Both the position numbers and the translations under genes were made by a program. The notes under the pieces were generated by a model. That model was given only the letters and a program-made list of their open reading frames with translations, made no database searches and was not told the origin of the DNA. This document shows, one piece after another, positions 61,101-64,000 of a stretch of 64,000 nucleotides of DNA (position 1 is the stretch's first letter; every line of letters starts with the position of its first letter). Origin of the DNA: Tubulanus polymorphus (lineage: Eukaryota > Animalia > Nemertea); contig NC_134035.1 in assembly GCF_964204645.1 (NCBI RefSeq), positions 8,030,451 to 8,094,450 on the forward strand, given 5' to 3'.

Positions 61101-62447
61101 TAAGTGATCACCCAGCCCGATTTATGTTGAGGTTCCTATCTGGGTTTAAGCGTAGTTTTTTAATCGGCGCGCGAAGGTTCGATTGAGTCAGTCACCGAGT
61201 CAGTCAGACAGTTTAGTTTAGAGAGAGACACCATAACCACTAATCAAGTCCAAGCACTCGCCGATGGGCTTGAGATACATTTCCTGGTTATTCGGCAATA
61301 AATCAGAGAAAAACGTCTTGCTACTGATACGTTTAAAAAGATAATGACACACACAGCGACCTCACAAAACACTAACCTGCTAACAAACTTTGGTTTTTAA
61401 TGTACTAAAATTTAAACATACTTGTGATATTACAGTTATATATCCTATTATTCCATCCGACAGTGAGACACTGTCAATTTGTGACACTGATTTGCGTGAG
61501 TTAGGAAATTCAAGTAAACTATTGAAGTTAGCGAAGAGCGTCTCACCCCGACTAATTAGACCATCGAGACTAATCCTAGACCCCAACCCTTGTCTTATCC
61601 CTAAACCTAATATAGCGTAGTAATCACTTTATTCTTATTTTCATCAGTATTAGAAGGGGCAAAATAGTGTTAACTTGAAATATGCCACGTCAGCGAAATA
61701 TCAACTTCCATTTAAAAACTGTTTTAGGCTATAGGGTTATGGTTTGATTTAGGAGTAAACGAGTCAAGCACATAGCCTGTAAACTGTTCTGAATGCTATC
61801 AATGCATTGAAGCAGGTGGCAGCAGGTGCTGGTGTGCTGTATTAATAATTTCTTTCGGTAACAAGTGAAAATACCCTGCGGTAAATATCCCCCCAGTAAA
61901 AATACCCCCAAATTTGATTGCGCAGCAAAATTCAAAATAAAATACTCCAATATCCTTACGTTGAAAAACTTTTATAGTTTTCAAATTTTCCGTAGTGTTT
62001 TTCACAATATATTACCTCGGATAATCTGTGACTTTTACCAAGCTACGTGCATAAAAATGACATTATTCTAAATTTCTATGAAGAAATCTAGTTCAAAAGT
62101 AATAGTAAATACTATGTAGGCCTACACTAAATATTGTTGTAGGGTAACTCACTGTAATTTCGGAAGACCACGTAATTTCGAAAATCATCCGTCAAAACAG
62201 CGCATCCGAAAATACCTTCCGAAATTACGTGGAGTTACCCTAAAAAGTATCATCTGTTTTCATTTAGGTTTCATGCTTAAGTTTGATTTAAAACTGAACT
62301 TAGGGGGGGGGGCAATTTTACCAGGTGGGGTTTTAACCCAGAGGAATGTTTACCGAGAAGGGATTATTACCTGACATTCATTTCTTTCCATTCTCTCCTT
62401 TTGTAGATCGTTACTAGACGAGAATCAGCGTGGAGTATAAAACTCGT

Positions 62448-63798
62448 ATGAGCACTCTACCCGCGTCCGGTGGTCCGCCACCGGCGGGTAAGAGAAAAGA
62501 GATCTATAAATACGAGGCGCCGTGGACGGTATACAGTATGAACTGGAGCGTACGGCCGGATAAACGATTCAGACTCGCTCTCGGTAGCTTCGTCGAGGAG
62601 TATAATAATCGGGTACGCCTCGCCTAATCCTACACCTAATGTCTATTTATTTTTTTCGCCTGACATCGTTTTCTTTCAGGATATTTCACATCGTTTTTAG
62701 CGACTCTACTGAATGCTACTCTCCTGATTTGTGCTTAGTTTTCACAAAAAATGTCAGTGTACTGCGTTGAAAAGTACTAACTTTTGAATTAACTGACATG
62801 TCATCCCAAATTAATGCGTCACGCGAATTGGCGCGATGCTAAATGTCGATTAGTTAAAAACCAAGAACAATCTGGATAATAAATAGAGAATGGAATTTTT
62901 CACATTTTCTCTAGCAAAATACTCGGAAATTGTCGGCAATGAGAGGATTTATTGAAGATGTCGAGATGTTCAGGGACCCAGTTCCAGAGTTCTGAGTTGA
63001 ATTTGACTCTAGAGTTAAAACGTTGAAAATGAACTGATTTTAACTCAGAGTTAACTCTAACTCACAACTGTGGAACTGGCTCCTGATCTGTAATTCATCG
63101 AGATGTTATTGATTATTGCAGGTTCAGATAGTGTCGTTGGATGAAGAGACGTCTGAGTTCACCGGTCGCAGTACGTTCGACCACCCGTATCCAACTACAA
63201 AAATAATGTGGATACCTGATAGTGTATGTTGAATTATTGTTTTCTTATTTTTAACATAACTTACGAGACGAGTAGTACTGTATAGGTTAACTATATATTT
63301 GACGCACGAGGTTTCGCTTCTAATGAATGAATAAATAGTTACCCTATACAGTACTACTCGTCTCGTTACTTATTTTAAACCTGGTTAACACGGCTACTTT
63401 ACAAATATTTTTAACATATTCACCTTTATCCACCATTTTGCAAAAGAAATGTATGATGGTGTGTAAGAAAGACTGGTCCCATTCCCATTTTCGATAATTG
63501 AAAAAATCACGCTTGAAATACTTCTTGACTAAAATGTAGGAATTTTGAATTCATGTGATTGTTGGAGCATCGTTCTTAAATCATATACACGTGTACAACG
63601 TATATGCAAAATTTGACTAAATTACTCCTTCGCCCATGAATCCGAACCCTAGTCGTAACTTAACTTACCAACGAATAATTATTGTCTTCTTTTTTACAGA
63701 AAGGAGTTTTCCCAGATTTAGTGGCTACGAGTGGAGATTATCTACGCGTATGGAGAGTCGGTGATACGGAAACTAGACTCGAGTGTCTTTTGAACAAC
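62448..63798 (+). CDS. DCAF7: DCAF7/WDR68/Han11 WD40 protein, first three coding exons; gene continues beyond the right edge
   Basis: Exons 62448-62612, 63122-63223, 63700-63798: [75 protein letters not shown]. Confidence 0.96.
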
Positions 63799-63830
63799 GT
63801 ACGTAGTACTTAACCGTCTTTAGTTATTAA

Positions 63831-64000
63831 CCCTTTCAGTGTGTCTACACCGCAGTGTGGTGTACGAATCAGTGATGGATTTTGCTAGTACACCGCACTG
63901 CGGTGTATTGATTTAATTAGTAATTACTAATTATCTCTATTGAAAGATGGCAGCACCTGGCAAACAAAGTGAAATATTAGGAACTAACGATACACCGCGC
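63831..64000. mobile_element. piggyBac-like MITE, family A (cut by the window edge)
   Basis: TTAA-CCCTTTCAGTGTGTCTACACCGC. Confidence 0.8.

Noticed and set aside
61570-61750. Telomere-like CCCTAA/TAGGGTT motifs
   Set aside because: Few and degenerate; not an array.

Overview
AT-rich, intron-rich eukaryotic DNA from an invertebrate animal, probably a lophotrochozoan (inferred from gene and repeat style, not verified). Gene order: PACSIN/syndapin (minus strand, 3' part runs off the left edge), KIF18A-like kinesin-8 (minus, 16 coding exons), TSSC4 (plus, intronless), GXYLT (plus), PAXIP1/PTIP (minus) and DCAF7/WDR68 (plus, runs off the right edge). A 10.9-kb KIF18A intron holds two intronless class A GPCR paralogues on the same strand, inside a local segmental duplication. 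KIF18A and TSSC4/GXYLT, and PAXIP1 and DCAF7, are head-to-head pairs. Introns are dense in MITEs (piggyBac/TTAA, Harbinger-like, hAT5-like, Tc1/pogo-like), SINEs, LINE RT remnants and a Helentron-type HINE sitting in a minisatellite. The most notable observations are: (1) foldback Penelope-like elements carrying minimal hammerhead ribozymes; (2) TSSC4 and GXYLT apparently sharing one promoter and first exon; (3) nested GPCR paralogues diverging mainly on their extracellular faces; (4) excess TAGGCCTA micro-insertions, with empty and filled alleles visible in one satellite; (5) a U12-type intron in PAXIP1; (6) a duplicated splice acceptor plus ATG in PACSIN. All exon boundaries and counts were read by eye.
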